64,000 bases of DNA, taken from contig OZ024746.1 in the NCBI GenBank assembly GCA_964016885.1, positions 48,298,001 to 48,362,000 on the forward strand. Direction: 5' to 3'. The stretch is from Eledone cirrhosa. Taxonomy: Eukaryota. Within the stretch, counting starts at the first letter, position 1. The number at the start of each line of letters is the position of its first letter. Of this stretch, positions 62,820 through 64,000 are shown piece by piece. The notes beneath the pieces were generated by a model, which saw only the letters and a program-made list of their open reading frames with translations, had not been told where the DNA came from and searched no databases. A program made the position numbers and the translations under genes.

Positions 62820-63686
62820 TGGGGGTTCTTTTCTTTGTTTTTGTGCCTCTCCTTTGTTCTGTCCTACGCCATCTTGTTTTTGTGTGTGTTGTGTGCTTAG
62901 TTTGCGCATGTGTTACATCCGGGTGTCTGTGTGTGTTTATATTTGTTTATTTATTTGTTTATTTACATGTTACTGGTTGGTTGTTTGTTCTATGTGTGTG
63001 TGTGTGTTTTCATTTTGTCCCTAATTGTAAGTTGTGATGTTGCTATTCCACTCATGTTTTCTATTTAATTTTGGTTGGAGTTCATTTATGTTTATTGCCT
63101 CTGTGATTTGTCTAAACATTGCGTATTTTCTGTGTGTAGATTCTATTTTTATTTCTATGTTCTCTAATTTACCCTTATGTTCTATTTTAGCATGTTGGTG
63201 GAGTACAGATGATTCTTTACTATCTTGAAGCTCTCTCCAGTGTTCATTTATCTGTTCCCCTATACTACAAGCTGTCTCACCTATGTACACTATATTCTTA
63301 TCTCTACATTGTCCTTCAGTACATCTTATTCTATATACTACATTTCTAGTTTTACAGTTAATATGGGGGCTTAATTTACAGATTATACATTTCTTATCTA
63401 TACAGGGAGGTGTTTGAAAAGGGTATGTATTGCTATCATATTCTATTAACATTATTCCTAGTTCTTTCTATTCTATTCCAAAATGTTCTCCTATGCAAGG
63501 GGCAGGTCCCATTTGTATCAAACAACCAACCAGTAACATGTAAATAAACAAATAAATAAACAAATATAAACACACACAGACACCCGGATGTAACACATGC
63601 GCAAACTAAGCACACAACACACACAAAAACAAGATGGCGTAGGACAGAACAAAGGAGAGGCACAAAGACAAAGAAAAGAACCCCCA

Positions 63687-63729
63687 GTCACTGATGAAGT
63701 CACAAAATGTGTGACGAAAGAACTATGAC
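63687..63729 (+). ncRNA. Type I minimal hammerhead (inverted P2)
   Basis: gtca-CTGATGA-a-gtcaca(aaatg)tgtgac-GAAA-gaac-TA^tgac. Confidence 0.85.
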
Positions 63730-63926
63730 AATATATGAACAATCGTCTTATTGGCAACATCACCCTCCCAAAGTATAACAATATATATATGCAGAGGTTA
63801 TATTTAATTTGTTGGGATTCAACAAGCTTAAACATTTTTTATAACTGATATAAAGCACTCAACAGTTTAGTGGAGTAATTATAAAATATATTAACAAATG
63901 GAAACTATATTTATAAAACCATATTT

Positions 63927-63990
63927 ATTTTATTATACATATTTCAAGGGCCACCAAGGCAAATTATGGTGCGCTTTCATTAGATAAAAT
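63927..63990 (-). ncRNA. Hammerhead with mutated core (CTAATGA), relative of the 38.1-38.4 kb family
   Basis: attttat-CTAATGA-aagcgcacca..tggtggccctt-GAAA-tatgta-TA^ataaaat. The downstream flank aaatatggttttataaatatagtttccattt matches 38402-38432. Confidence 0.65.
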
Positions 63991-64000
63991 ACAATACAGA

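Larger units (their letters stand above)
62571..63781 (-). mobile_element. Second P2 PLE copy: GIY-YIG fragment, 3' pLTR, inverted pLTR at 63521-63781
   Basis: ORF 63021-63452 matches the C-terminus of 54909-56051; internal deletion near 63430. Confidence 0.9.

Overview
Eukaryotic, AT-rich, repeat-dominated DNA, most likely from a coleoid cephalopod (octopus); this is inferred from the SINE/RTE repertoire, the huge TA arrays and the NCX sequence style, not demonstrated. The only host gene is the large first coding exon of a Na+/Ca2+ exchanger (NCX/SLC8, minus strand, 40483-42221). Everything to its left appears to be one intron, about two thirds interrupted (TA)n array, into which RTE and CR1-group LINEs, tRNA-SINEs and Penelope-like element (PLE) fragments have inserted. 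To the right lie SINEs, a decayed mariner, CRE-type retrotransposon fragments, a Tigger-like MITE and two distinct PLE families. The main signal not shown by the ORF track is a dense set of type I hammerhead ribozyme (HHR) motifs: 12 with intact cores in about 7 sequence families, plus degenerate and half copies. Many sit in short non-coding inserts in (TA)n, and some of these form fold-back palindromes, one family pivoting at ribozyme landmarks. Also noted: the 3' half of a possible HDV-like ribozyme at an RTE 5' end, and a strong strand polarity of the TA-array interruptions relative to NCX transcription. All folds and alignments were done by eye; coordinates may be off by a few bases.
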